A stretch of DNA of 64,000 bases, taken from Botryllus schlosseri. Lineage: Eukaryota. The stretch is taken from positions 26,972,001-27,036,000 of the forward strand of contig CM119371.1 in the NCBI GenBank assembly GCA_051294905.1, read 5' to 3'. Shown here in pieces: positions 1 through 12,808 of the stretch. The stretch's first letter is position 1. The number at the start of each line of letters is the position of its first letter. The notes beneath the pieces are model-generated. The model ran no database searches. It saw nothing but the letters and a program-made list of their open reading frames with translations, and had not been told where the DNA came from. A program made the translations under genes and the position numbers.

Positions 1-299
1 CAAAATAGAAAAAACGCGATGCTCATTCAACTCAATGATCGCGTCATTCATAAACATCTATAGAAAATACCCATGACATTGCCAATAGAGTTTTTCACTA
101 TTTTCCTTACTCATCCTGACGACGTCTGAAGCAATGCCTCAATTGAACTTCAGACCGCGCGGTGGTTTGTACCATGGCTCTTGTGTCTGCTAGTTTTTTG
201 TTATTATTACGTCCCATAAACATATTATTTCCTACTTGGCGGGTTTTATCCACCGTATTACTGACGTTCGCTACTGATCATAGTCTTAGCCTGACGTTA

Positions 300-685
300 A
301 TATATTTTGAGATCCGGATAGGACGCTTTTAACAGGTTGCAAAAGTTACTATAGCGGACAAGTGAATCGTCGATTTTTATATTTATAGAGCTGATTTCGT
401 TAGTTTGAATGAGAAAAAAAAGTATTTTATCGACTTGAATCCCGAAATAACCGCTTTTATTTTAGCGGCATTGACTAAAATAAAAAATAGGTATTTTTCA
501 ACTCGACCCGCGAAATACTCTTAGTCCGAGAGATCGGCCCAACATTACCCGTAAATCATGGTCTTTTTTTGGCATTTTAGGCACAAAAGAAGGCCAAGTT
601 GCTAAAAAGGAAGACATTTGGGTGAATGGAGGACATTTCTTGAAAAAGTATGACAAATCCTCCTAGAGGACGTATGGTAACCATA
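300..685. mobile_element. Right end of a hAT-Blackjack-like MITE (left boundary not found)
   Basis: GGACGTATGGTAACCATA at 668-685 is the reverse complement of the TAGGGTTACCATACGTCC terminus at 31195 and resembles the 17804/18682 termini. Subterminal AGGACA/AAGACA motifs at 610-655. Confidence 0.55.
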
Positions 686-1099
686 TCATAGTTAGTTAAA
701 AGGCTGTTAGTGAATATATTGCCAACGTGAAGCTATTCTTCAGTGTAATACCTGATGCATTGATATCATAATACATCATTATCCCTTCACCCTCAAGCAA
801 TGTAACTACGACAATTACTAGACTGTAAAATCAATGCTACTGAGACCACTGGTAGACATGATGCGCGCTTTAATTACATTGACTGTACTTATAGTACCAA
901 CTATGTATTAACTACGTTACCCCCCTCAAGAAAATACTCAATATATATTTTTCGGAATTTTTATCAACACTTTCGATTGAGTTTGAAGGAGATATCATTT
1001 TAATCGCTCTCTGCATTATCCGCAAGCTTACCTTTCATCTCGAATATCATATGCACACTTCTCGGTAGAATGATAATTAGTGCGACTGCTTTTTGACAT

Positions 1100-2825
1100 G
1101 TCAAAATTTTGTCAAAATTGATACTTTAGGACGAAAAATTGTCCCAATTGTTCAAAAAGTTAATATTTTTTGCAACCTGCATTTCGTTTGTATCGTAGAT
1201 GTTTGCACTGTCGATGAACCATATACTATATATAGGCGATGCATGAACTTATCATTCGACACTTTACAGCTTGTAGCCTATTATATAGGCCTACCGGGGT
1301 GGACGGCCCATTGTCTGCTCAATTTGAATCGTAAACGGTCATATGAACTAAATAGGTTGACATGGTATTATGTTCAACGTACCGCAATATCTAAACTGAG
1401 GCAAGACTCGTGGGCATTGGTTCTTATATCAAGAAGCGCACGATGAAAAAGTGTAATGTATACTACATTGTCAGAATAGAGCAACAAGGTGTGTAACCAG
1501 CATTGTACGCACAACTTGAGTGTTGACAGCCAACAACTGCTGCTGTTGAACGCTCTTTCTCCATTATAGGCCAGCTACTTAGCATGGACAGACACTGTCT
1601 ACGCGAGAATGTAGGAAAGTATCTTTCGTTGTACTATAACGAGTCTTCATTATTTTAAACACGAGACATGATGTAACTACTGCCATTAGTTATAGGTCCA
1701 GATTTCGTCAAAATGAAGTTTTTTTCAGGCCAAACTACTTCTTCGAGACATACAGTCCAACCAAAAATGAAGAATAGTAGTCCGATTCTAACATTATGTG
1801 GAAAAACACCTAATTTACATCACTGTTAGGATGACTCGAGTCATCTTTTTCGTATGATTTGACTCGAGTCACTTTGCTAAAATGACTTGACTTGACTTGA
1901 TTCGGCGTATAGAAAATGTCAATTGACTCGTGACTCGAAGCAAAATTCACGAGTCAATTTCAAGTCATCAAGTAATCGGTGTCGATAAAAATCATTGTAT
2001 GCTTGCATATGATCGGATTGCTCGCGATACGCTCGTGTAACCCGTGAGAGCAACTAATCATTCAATGATCGTGCGTTTCACTGTGCCTCCATCGTTCTTT
2101 CACATATAAATTGACCGAGAACGAAGTGATCGAAGCGATGTCTAAACAAGTATAGTTAAGTAATTTAATAGCAAAATGTATATTTCTGTTTTCTGTTCTC
2201 CATAACCAAACCTCTTGTTTTATTGAAATTGAATTCGAATATAGTTTATATAGTCATCAACCGTTAGCGCAGGCTCGAATTGCATCATATCAATCTGTAA
2301 ATGGGTAATGTATTGCATCTTATCAAATCGTTTCTCTATTTTCTATTTAAGCTGGCAACTATAAACTGAGCCCATGCAATTACTTACGTAGTTAAGCAGT
2401 TCTACGTATATGTGAGCGATAAAGCGCCTTATTGCGTGTATATTTAACCGTATATTCGTACATTGGTTCAGAATCAATGACCACTCAATCTGTATTTCAG
2501 ACAGCTAGTAAAATGCAATGACGTAATCATGCCTCATACTTCGAAAAGGGAACTTGACTTGAATTGTGACTTGACTCGTGTCTTGACTCGACTTGACTCG
2601 AGTCACCTCCAAAAATCGAGTGACTTGACTTCACTCGAGTCACCTTCGAAAATCGATTGACTTGACATGACTCGAGTCAAAATGTGCAATGACTAGAAAT
2701 GACTCGTGACTCGAAGGTTGTGACTTGATCCCAACACTGATTTACATACATGAGATCAAAATTTGGTCGAAATATGTCAAAACTTTGATTTTTTAGGTCA
2801 AATTCTTTGGTTTTTCACATCAAAA
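1100..2825 (+). mobile_element. Degenerate hAT transposon remnant (paralog of 44890-45740), interrupted by MITE 1821-2739
   Basis: 1520-1640 translates to C*QPTTAAVERSFSIIGQLLSMDRHCLRENVGKYLSLYYN, a hAT C-terminal dimerisation motif similar to ORF 5282-5737. The sequence aligns by eye with 44960-45730. Confidence 0.75.
1821..2739. mobile_element. hAT-type MITE with TGACTCGAGTCA/GACTT subterminal repeats (copy 1)
   Basis: Termini CACTGTTAGGAT...ATCCCAACACTG. Perfect 8-bp TSD ATTTACAT (1813-1820, 2740-2747). Related copies at 29510-30473 and 63177-64000. Confidence 0.93.
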
Positions 2826-2925
2826 TGAAATTGCCCTAATGCGTTCATTGACTACTCCCACTTCTACTTGAACATTCATTACCAAGACTATCCAATTTTC
2901 GAACGCCAGATCGTATCATCTATAC

Positions 2926-3320
2926 CGGGGGTTCCCAACGTGGGCGATATCGCCCCCAGGGGGCTATTTGGCGGCCTAGGGGGGCGAAAATGGGGAAGGG
3001 GGCGATAGGGGGGCGAAAATGGACAAAGGGGGCGACATGGGGCGAAAATAGCGAAGGCGCGATAGGGGGGCGATGACGCGTTAAAACGGCTATATTGGAG
3101 TCAAGTCGGAGAAATGAGCTTTTTTTTCTAGTCAACCCACGTAAATTTAGTTGCAAAAGTGGAGAATTGGACAACGAGCCGAAAAGTTGACCTTCTTTTG
3201 AGTCAACCCGTTGATGATTAAAGATTATATACCGATTTTTCGGTTCACAAAATTTTGGGGCGATTGACGGCGTTGAGCTTGAAAAGGGGGCGATGAGTCG
3301 AAAAAGGTTGGGAACCACTG
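2926..3320. mobile_element. hAT-Charlie/Buster-type MITE with GGGGCGA subterminal repeats
   Basis: Termini CGGGGGTTCCCAAC...GTTGGGAACCACTG. TSD ATCTATAC (2918-2925, 3321-3328). Confidence 0.92.
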
Positions 3321-5112
3321 ATCTATACAATAGTATATACGGTTTGGAGACGTTCGGATCACTTTTATGTCTGAGATAAGCCATAAGGCTTCCATGAAAT
3401 CACCTCTGTATTCTAGCGACTGGTCATATATGCTCTCAATCATATTACCAATTTTGGTATCATTCATCAGTTTGCCTAGTTTAATCGCGATGATAAGTAT
3501 AGGCCTTGCAATATCGAAAGTAGCCATTTTCAGTCTAGCTGAAAGTTCCAGACTCCTACACCAAAACTACTCACTTCGATTATTTCCAGCCCTCATTTCC
3601 TAATATTAACACTTGCCTCTTTAAGACTGAGTAATTGAATGATGTTATAGCGTAATATTCATAATATTCATCAATATTCATAAAGATATATTTATGAAAT
3701 TTCCGCCTTCAAAAAGTTCGCCCACTTCTTGGTTAAAGTTGGTGATGAGACTATATGCCTTGGGATTAGGGCTATGTTGGATTGGCACGGGTCGGGGTTA
3801 GGATTACAGGATTAAGTCTCATATCACTTACGCGACGATTGAGCATGTTGCCGTGACGTGCCACCCATTTCTTCATTTCGTTGTCCAACATCTGCATTTA
3901 CAAATATGTGGTATTTATCAAGTCAAAAAATCACCATTCGGAGGTTCCTAGCAGCAAGTTGCACGAATTTAAGAAACTAGTATGATACAAAACACAATAT
4001 TCGTCCTTCAGACAGATTAACACAGGGCTCGCGCCATGCCGCGATATCATTTTCTACATACCCGAGGACGATACGCTTTTGCCAGGACAGTCATATAATA
4101 GCGGACGCATTTCCAACGAGTTATGCGAATGGGATAAATGCTGGTGGCCTGTTATGAATGAAATTAAAAACATGCTTTAGTAAATAATTGTACCCAGCAG
4201 TGGTACTATGTAAGGCTGAGGAGATTAACCGAGTACTTGTCGAGAGATTAGTTGGGGATAGGCGTTCAGTCGAATGATTGAGTACCGGTTTTCATTGCGT
4301 CGTACACAGTGATTACAGGAGAGGACCTGTCAGTTCAATTGTATACCTCAATCATGGAGAACAGAATCACCCTATCAGTTACAACAGCTCTTTTCCACCT
4401 TTTTGAGCTTCATTCGCACTTTCTGAAATTTCAATCGCACCAGCCAGCCGGAATTTATTATACAAAAAGAAAATGAAAAAAGTTATCACTTTAGCATTCG
4501 AAGGCCTTCTTGGAGGTATATAGCTTCATTATTTTACATTCAGCGTATCGTATTATTGATCAATCAAGTACTAAAATCACGGCAGTAGAAAAATCACAGA
4601 TATCGCACTCCTTTTGTTCTCAAGGTGTTCGTCGCTTTTTTCGGGGTATCGTGCAGTGACTGCCTTCGAAGCTTAAAGGGCGAACCCAAGAACAATATTC
4701 ACTCGCAACAATATCACTTTTCCTCCAAATCGACATGTTACGTCATCGCGATGTGAATGTCTTCGCATTTAGAACGCAGAAAAGAGTAAAACTGCACATG
4801 AATCGTAGCATCAATATTGCGACTAGCACCGTTGGTTTATTTTTTGACAACATTGGAAAATATGCTTCATCGTACTAAGGTATGTTAGCCATATGGTGAG
4901 CGTTAAAAACAGGAATGCATGGCTATGTAAACCCAGACAATCCGAGTAATTGAGGGCGGTTATTTATGCATAGGCTTAGGCCTCAATCACTTCTTCTCTA
5001 TGCAATACACCTGTGGTTCCCAACCTATGATACTCGTACCACTAGTGGTACGCGAAGGTCTTCCAGGTGGTACGCGAGCATTCTCTTTTTTTCGACCGAA
5101 TGGAGTTATTAC

Positions 5113-6142
5113 TAGGGCCATTTTTATATGACCTTAAAAAATCAATTATATGACTTTATTTTTTGGAAAATATGACTTTATATGACTTTATGCGAAAATC
5201 GTGTATTTTTACATGTAACCAACTCACTCATGGAACTGACGAGTAAAACATGAACAACATAACAGTAATACACATCCATTTTTATTTTAAAACACTTTTG
5301 TAGTACAGTTTCATGTAGTGTGGAATGTTGGAGTCTTTGAAGTTACGATTTGGACGTAAAAATGACTTTAGTAAGGAAGATGAGCGCTCTACAGACGCTG
5401 ATGTTGGTTGACACTTTTGCAGTTTTGTATACAGCGCTGGTGAAATGTCTCGTCTTTGTAGCTCCATAATTTGTTTCACATCGTTTTTGTCCAATCGCTT
5501 CTTAATGTAATTTTTGAGTTCAAGCGGATCTTTTCCGAAATCGAGGGCATTAAGATCAGCATGAGCCTCTTTGATTGTGTACGCACAACTTTCCATTTTC
5601 AGTATCAAGTTTGAAATATTTTTGTAGTGGAGGCATATATCTGTTAACTGACTCGTCAACTTTGGATCGTTCACTGAATCTTTGGCGCTCTTTACAATAA
5701 CTCCTTCAGCGTCGCGTGCGTTGACTATTTCTTTCACTTGTGGAAGTCTCTGAACTTCAAATGACGTCCCACTTCAGTGCACAGAAGTAAAACAGATTGT
5801 GTAGCAACACAATGCAATGTGTGACCTCATAATGCAATATGTTACCTCATAGGTCTGCGACTGTAATGTTATGTAGGCTAACCTTACAGTTTGCCTTCGT
5901 TCAATCAGAAATTGTCTTACTTTCTTAGTGCGTAATTGCTTCAATTGGCACTTTTTATTTAAAGTATACAACAATATGACTTTATAACTCAAATATGACC
6001 TAACCAGGGAAAATATGACTTTATATGACTTTATAACTTTCTTAATATACCCCATATGGATGCGGTTTTTGCGTTAAAATTGATTTTACGACTTACTGAT
6101 GCATAGAAAAAAATATGACTTTAATGACTTTAAATGGCCCTA
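5113..6142 (-). mobile_element. Internally deleted hAT transposon carrying the transposase C-terminus
   Basis: Termini TAGGGCCATTT...AAATGGCCCTA. TSD GTTATTAC (5105-5112, 6143-6150). TATGACTTTA subterminal repeats at both ends. Confidence 0.93.
5282..5770 (-). pseudogene. hAT transposase C-terminal fragment (dimerisation domain)
   Basis: ORF 5282..5737 contains CQPTSASVERSSSLLK, matching the hAT S-x-x-x-E-R-x-F-S catalytic-Glu motif. It lies inside a TIR/TSD-bounded element and has no N-terminal half. Confidence 0.85.
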
Positions 6143-6274
6143 GTTATTACTTTAGTTGGGGTTGATTTTGAGTTTTTTGAAGCCGCTCGTTGTCGTCGTG
6201 GTTAGGTACGTCGAAGAAACGTAACAGACTTGTTGCGCCCATGCATGACTTTCGACGCACTGTGAGCAAACGTA

Positions 6275-6869
6275 TGCCACCATAGTGGCCTATGTGATGT
6301 GGACACAAGAAAATCTCACGGCTCAGTGAAATTGGTCCACGTCACACTTTCCATTTGGTCAAAGGCATTTTACGGCCATTTTTGACCGGCTTGCCGAGCG
6401 TTAAATTCGATAAAACGGGTATCAATGGAAAGCTGCTTCTGTACTGATTACGGAAATATAAATTCTATTCTGCTGGTAGTCCTGGAACCCGCGAAATCTG
6501 CTTCGAATTTTGCATTGTGATCAAGTCTTGACATTGTGACGCAACAATTTTGTTTGGCAAAACGATAATGAAGCGAAGAAGAAAGTGCGAGAGAGCATTG
6601 TTGCGTCACAATTCAAAATTCGATTACGATGCAAAATTCGAGGCTGGTTTTGGGAGGTTCTAGGCCAATGAGCAGAATAAAAGTTATATTTTCGTAATCA
6701 GTACAGCAGCAGCTTTCCATTGATACGGGTTTTATCGAATTTAGCGCTCGGCAAGCCGGTAAAAAAGGCCGTAAAGTTGCCTTTGACCAAATTGAAAGTG
6801 TGACGTAATCCAATTTACTGAGCCGTGAGATTTGCTTGTGTCCACCTCATATAGGACACTATGATGTCA
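6275..6869. mobile_element. Foldback (nearly fully palindromic) MITE
   Basis: 6281-6549 is an imperfect reverse complement of 6597-6863 (e.g. GTGGACACAAG...CTTGTGTCCAC; GCCGAGCGTTAAATTCGATAAAAC...GTTTTATCGAATTTAGCGCTCGGC). TSD not resolved. Confidence 0.85.
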
Positions 6870-7210
6870 CGCCTCGACCAGCTAGTGGAAAATGAACAAA
6901 TGTAGCCATCGCCAAATTGACTTTTGTTGTTTGTTGTTCTTTCATTATATAGTTCTTCTTGTGACTGGTGGTGAAAAAACAATACCATGGATCCCATCAA
7001 TCCTGGCTGATATTGCCTTGTTTAATAGAATTTGTTATTACACCTCACATAGGTCTAATGCGTGATCATGATGTCATAAAGTCTCAATGTAGGTGGTGCG
7101 CGAGCACTGCATCAAACCTCGAAATGGTACGTGGGTGGAAAAAGGTTGGGAACCACTGCAATACACAAATCAAAATATCTTTCAAGAACAACGTGGGGTA
7201 TCCTTTAGGT

Positions 7211-8495
7211 CAGGCATGGGAAAAGTGCGGCCCGCGAAAGGTTGCTTGGAATTCAAAAAAAAAGCTTGCTTTTTCAATGATTAAAACCATAGGCTTCATC
7301 AAATGAGCAGGAAATTCGATTACTTTGAATTACTTTGAAGCCTGTTTATTAATATGCCACGATTACACTGCCATACGTACCTGGCATGCGTAATCTAGAT
7401 TCAAAATAAAGGCAATGTGGCAAAGTGTAAGTAGCAACTGAAGTCACAAGAAATCACTCTTTCCGTAGAGTTTAGTTCAAACCTTTCTTGTTGACATTGC
7501 CACATTACGCATTATACGGTATATGTGTTTCAATTTGTGACGTGATATGTTTCCAAATCCCTAATTCGTAAAACAACTCAATTAGCGCTCACGATTATTA
7601 TATGACTCATCATATCTATCACCCATAAAGGATTAACGGGCATGCCAAAAAAGGATGCTGAAAATGGAAATTCAATGAAGGTTAACAATTTTGAGCACTA
7701 AATATTTGCACCCTCGATCCTGTCGTCGAGAATATGGATTATAATTAAAGTCGGCCTTATGTCAAAATCACGAAACATTCGGTCAGGGCAGGGCGAGGTT
7801 CAGAAAAACTGCAAGCTTCACTCAACATAAAGGCTATTTAACCTGCACCAGCACACCGATTAAGAAAATAAGCTTTGTACTATTGCATATACATTTCAGT
7901 GCAATGGTTATCGAGCTGAGAGATGTGAAAGCATCAGAAGGCTGGTGCGAAGGCAAAGTTTATTGAAAATATTTTTCGCGCTCCGCGCGATGTGACCCAG
8001 CTCATAGTTGTCGCTTTGTGTATGGTCCGACTTAGATTTTTCACAATTGTCTCATCAACAGCCCTAATCGTCCATGCCATCAGCTATCCGTTGAGATTGC
8101 TAGCATTCCGGTTACACTTATTAATATTTTGTGATATCATGATAAGGGTGCACGAAATTGTTCACTATCATAAAGGGAGGCGTGCCTAAAAAGTTTGAGA
8201 ACCATTGTTTTAGAGTCCTAATAAAATAATGTGGATAGGGGGTTAAAGAAAGCTAAAAGGTATCGTGTTTAACATTGTTTCGAATCATGACAGCTAAAGG
8301 ATATTTTTTTTTAATTAAACGTCACTTTCTCATTATCTAATATCAAAACATTCATTGAGCATCATTTATCAACAATAAAATTTAGAAGTACAATCAAAAT
8401 GCGCTGGAGAATAGAGCTAATTTTTGTTCACTCGGCCCGTCAATGAATTTATTTTTCTCATTTGGCCTGCGGTGGGAAATAATTGCCCACCCCTG
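7211..8495. mobile_element. hAT-Charlie/Buster-type non-autonomous element
   Basis: Termini CAGGCATGGGAAA...TTGCCCACCCCTG with GGCCCGC subterminal motifs. TSD CTTTAGGT (7203-7210, 8496-8503). Confidence 0.88.
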
Positions 8496-9294
8496 CTTTA
8501 GGTTGTCAAGCCCAACACTTACACCTTCTTTAATAAGTATTACTTAGATAATATTCATGATTGACACACAGTTATATCAGCCAGGGTTGCCAACTGCGGG
8601 ATGGCTCTTAGGGCAATCGCTCAATATTGGTAAAATGGCTGAAATAAGGCTAAATTATCTTTATTAACGCAAATATCCTTCCTTATACATAAAGAAAAAT
8701 AAGTCTCAACAGTTTAATTAGGCTTACATTGGGCTGCAGTAGAATTAAGCTTAAATTAGGCTGCAGAAAGAATATCGCAAGACATACGTCTTGGGGGTTT
8801 TGATTTTTATCTGCAGAGGGTACTCAAGTTAAATCGGCAGAATTGACCATATTACAAAGTTTGTAGTACAAACAAAGGCGGTACGTATACGATAGAGGCA
8901 AATTTTTTCTGTGGATCAGCAAGCTTAGTGGCATCACCAATTAATTATATAAAGGCCTATGCCTTAACGATCTAGACTCGACCTGAGATGATCAGCCCAA
9001 GAACAGGAAAGCGTGTCTAAGCCTAAATGATGTAGTTCGCATTACAAACAGGCTATTTCCATGTTCAGTGGATAAACTATGCCCAATGACTTAATAATTC
9101 GATGTAATGCAAGATAAAGATTCATCGGACGTAAGACACCAATGTGCCTACTGCAATTTTTAGCCGCCTTTGATACTTCGTTAGGTACACGAGTAAACAA
9201 CACTTGTTATAGATCTAATGTGCCAATTGTTATACGTGAAGAAAGTCGAAAGTGCCAACGTCATTAACGCAAAATTCTGTTGCCGACCAGGGCA

Positions 9295-9555
9295 CGTTAT
9301 GGTATGGTATGGAACGAAATTTCGGTACGGAATATGGAGATGTGCATGTATGGTTTGGTATAGAAGTTCCCAAGTATTTTCCATACTTTCATAGTTTTGT
9401 GAAAACCATGACAATGATCCTACTTTCAATTTGTTAAATTGACTGCATAATAACGAAAATCGCTCACTGTCTATGTTCATGTATTAAATTGCGATTCATG
9501 ACTGCCCCACACCGGTCGACATCTATTTGAAAACAAAAAATTTGCGCAACTTATT
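9295..9555. repeat. Interspersed repeat (TATGG-rich), second copy at 23035-23235
   Basis: ATGGTATGGAACGAAATTTCGGTACGGAATATGGA ... GTCGACATCTAT ... TTGCGCAACT matches 23041-23232. Confidence 0.75.
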
Positions 9556-12500
9556 ACAACTTGTATTTTGCTTATCGTAACGTCCACACCGTAAACTACC
9601 AAGGGAGTTTTAAAATCGTATATACTCTAAGAATATTGCTACCATTTTCATGAATATTTATATCAATTTGTTGAACTTGGAAATAATTTTCTACGCATAG
9701 GTCAGATGATCATCACGCATTATCTATTCGACATAACCATCATTGTAATTCAAAAATATGTAGCTTGTCTTGGAGCGACGTTACGATAAGCCGGCCTCCA
9801 ACAGGCATTGTGACTTCGTGAAATCTGGGTATCTATGATAAAAGAATGGACACCATGCTGTTGGCTAATGTCACTAATATGTGATGAGTGTTTGACCCAC
9901 GGATTGGCGGCGAAATCGGACATTTGATCGACCGTCACGAAATAATTGTAGCGAATTAAAGTTATATGCCAAGATATATTCGAATGCAGTGGTTTCCAAA
10001 CCGATGGGGAATTTAGGGGTTTCTGATGAGGTTAAATAGACACACTTGACAAAAATTATTTATAATATTACCTCGTTTATTAAATGACTTTATGAAATGC
10101 CAATCGTATCTCTAACATTTCTCAGGTCATTTGCAATTCAGCAATTCATATTATCATTGCCTCTGATTAGCGAGAATCGACTAGACAGTGGTGCAGTGCG
10201 ATACCACATATAGATCCACATTTCATGAGATTCTGTTGTGATTTCAAAATATTCCCGCGTGTCTACCGTCTATATCGCTGACGACACATGATACAAAGAA
10301 ACTGGCGATATCATTGGTGCATCATGACTGTTTGAATGGATAATTTCATTCAAAATGATTTGAATTTAAACGAAATATAAACGCGTCGGAAGCGTTCCTC
10401 ACTTGTGAACTAAAAAAAACACGGCTACTAACAAGTTTTTAGAATTGCGTCAAACCGACAAAAAGTTACGCACTGTATGTATGTGTATGTATATGTACTT
10501 AACATCGTATCAAGTTTATTTGAAATATTCCACGTCAGAAAAAGGGAGAAATATGGGCGATTTTCATTCGCACTCGTCCGTATTGTCATTAGCAGCATTC
10601 GCACCACGCTTGTCGTTCACCCTGAATTTTTTTCATTCGCACAAGTGCGAATCGTTGCACAGGTTGAAAAGCACTGAATTACAATATTTGATTCGAAGCG
10701 CAAGACACTATAGAAAACTCAATATAACTCTTTTCAACATACCAGATTGGTGATCTTTACCGTACCTAAAAGTTGTTTCAAGTTCAATAATTTCGCGTCG
10801 CGTTGTACTATGTCCGGGATGCGTGGTCCTCCACTCATGCCAATCCTTTCATGCGGCCCTAATGTTTTACTCCCCGTAATATTGCGACCGCCTTGAGTAC
10901 TCAAATCGGCGTTAGTGAACCCTACTTCTTGGACCTGACGAATAAATTGCGATGGAGTGGAAACCACGTCTCGCAGTACGAGATTGAACGGAATCGATTA
11001 TTCGTGAGAGGTGTATATCTGCTTGAAAAACATAAGATTTCGAAGTAGAAATTAACACTCACCGATTTCATCCCGGTGTATATTAGCAAGTCTTTTGTCG
11101 GTTTCATTTTTCCTCTTTGCCATCATGGGCCCCGGCTATCAATCAATTCGGCTTGCAAAGGTGAGGGATATTTCTGGTCAAGGTTGTGCAAACTTGGGCG
11201 ACCGTCGAATAAGTTCCAGTCAGCACTGAAATTGGGCCCGCAAAACGGGTGTTCTATTTATCTAATAGTTTAACACACTCGAGATAGGCTCAAGTATGGG
11301 GATCAGGGAAAATAACGCTAAAATCACTAAGACATGGCATGCTTACTTAGTGCGTATATGGTATGGATAAACAGTAATCTACTCAATAACCTGAAACATT
11401 ATTTTTGCTTTATTCACGATTTGCCTCAAGAGATATTGGAACTTAGAACTAATTTCGCCTCTGTGTGTCATATGTCTCCTTAGCGTTATTTTGAACTGTT
11501 TCACATATCAAAATGGTTTCACACCCCGCATTTAAACTATCAAAGGCAGCGCTAGTTCTACTAAAAGATATACACAATCCCTTCACGTCACCATTGCTAG
11601 GCTGTAACTTGCTACAAACCGATTAAAGCTTATTGTCGTCGGTCGGTATTGAATCCTAGGTCACAGACAGCACTGAGTCCATTGTGTTGATTGGCGTTGA
11701 TTGAATGTCTGATTGGTGATTGATTGAAGATGGATATCGGGATTTCCGAGTGGGGTGGAACCTTGGGAAAATAATGTGTACAATTGACCCATAAATATGA
11801 AATTCTGGATTTGCGAATTGTTTGAAACATGACTTCGTTCAAATCAGGAGTGTCATAATAGCGATGCCATCAGAATAGCGAGTGGAAACCTGCCAGTGAC
11901 CCAATACCGATGCATTTAAAATAGAAATGCATTGAAAGAAAGGAGCAGCATAACAATTAGGCATTCTTAATAGCGAGTGTTGAAACTTCACCTGATTTCC
12001 GCAATACGGTGCGTATATTGGATTCATAATATAAAGTCAAGTAAAGATACGTTTATTCTTAGGGATTCCGTCGACCTGTAACTCCAGGCATCCATTTCAA
12101 TTTGTAACGATCTACGTTCCCCATTGTTACAATCGCTCGGCTCGTTGTACGTATACTATAGATAGGGAGATACGCTGAAGTTGAGTGTTCGATCCTTGTA
12201 TGGTACAATTTTTTCTTTTCTTGTAGCACAGCATTTACCGCACAATTGTTTTATTAAGAACCGAATACTTTACTCCAAGACACCTTGTCCACAGTTCCCA
12301 GAACACGTTCGCTACTCCTATTTTCAACAAGTTTTAAGGGAAATATGAGACTTAACATCCCGACTCCAACTCCTGAAAAATCAAGATTAAAGTGGTAATT
12401 TATCTATGTACCATCCTCGCTTTTGTAACCAAAAAAATTCAGTCCGGGGAACTAAATTTTACAATTGCCTGCAGGTCACTTTTCAACGATGTTGGTAAAT

Positions 12501-12695
12501 TGTCTCCACTCAAAATTATGGTAGGAATATTTTACTGGTATAAGAGGACGAGATTAACATAAGGATCATTATAAACTGTGACTTCTTAAACTCAGAATTG
12601 CTGGTAGCAGGTAGTACACTATGACGTTTACACTCAAGCGGCATGTCGAAAAATCCTACCGAGGCAATGTGGGGTCTGGCGTCTGTGTAATGTCA

Positions 12696-12767
12696 GCTGA
12701 CATAGCTCACTGGTTTGAGCACTGGTCTAGTAAACCAGCGGCCGTGAGTTCTATCCTCATTCTACAA
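12696..12767 (+). pseudogene. tRNA-Thr(AGU) pseudogene or tRNA-derived fragment
   Basis: D arm TAGCTCACTGGTTTGAGC, anticodon arm CTGGT-CTAGTAA-ACCAG (anticodon AGT), T arm GTGAG-TTCTATC-CTCAT. The 3' acceptor strand does not pair. Confidence 0.7.
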
Positions 12768-12808
12768 TACACACAAGGGGAAACTTACTGTGTCCGGACT
12801 TATTAGCC

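Larger units (their letters stand above)
5011..7158. mobile_element. hAT-Charlie/Buster-type non-autonomous element hosting two nested insertions
   Basis: Termini CTGTGGTTCCCAACC...GGTTGGGAACCACTG with GTGGTACGCG subterminal motifs. TSD CAATACAC (5003-5010, 7159-7166). Confidence 0.92.

Noticed and set aside
2920..3384. 154-aa Pro-rich ORF
   Set aside because: Translation of the GGGGCGA subterminal repeats of a MITE.
2830..12050. Scattered minus-strand exon-like pieces (3330-3600, 3950-4150, 9780-9950, 10765-11240, 11630-11990) as a decayed enzyme gene
   Set aside because: There are some splice-like signals and a weak R*YDLA motif, but in-frame stops and no recognisable domain. It cannot be supported without BLASTX.
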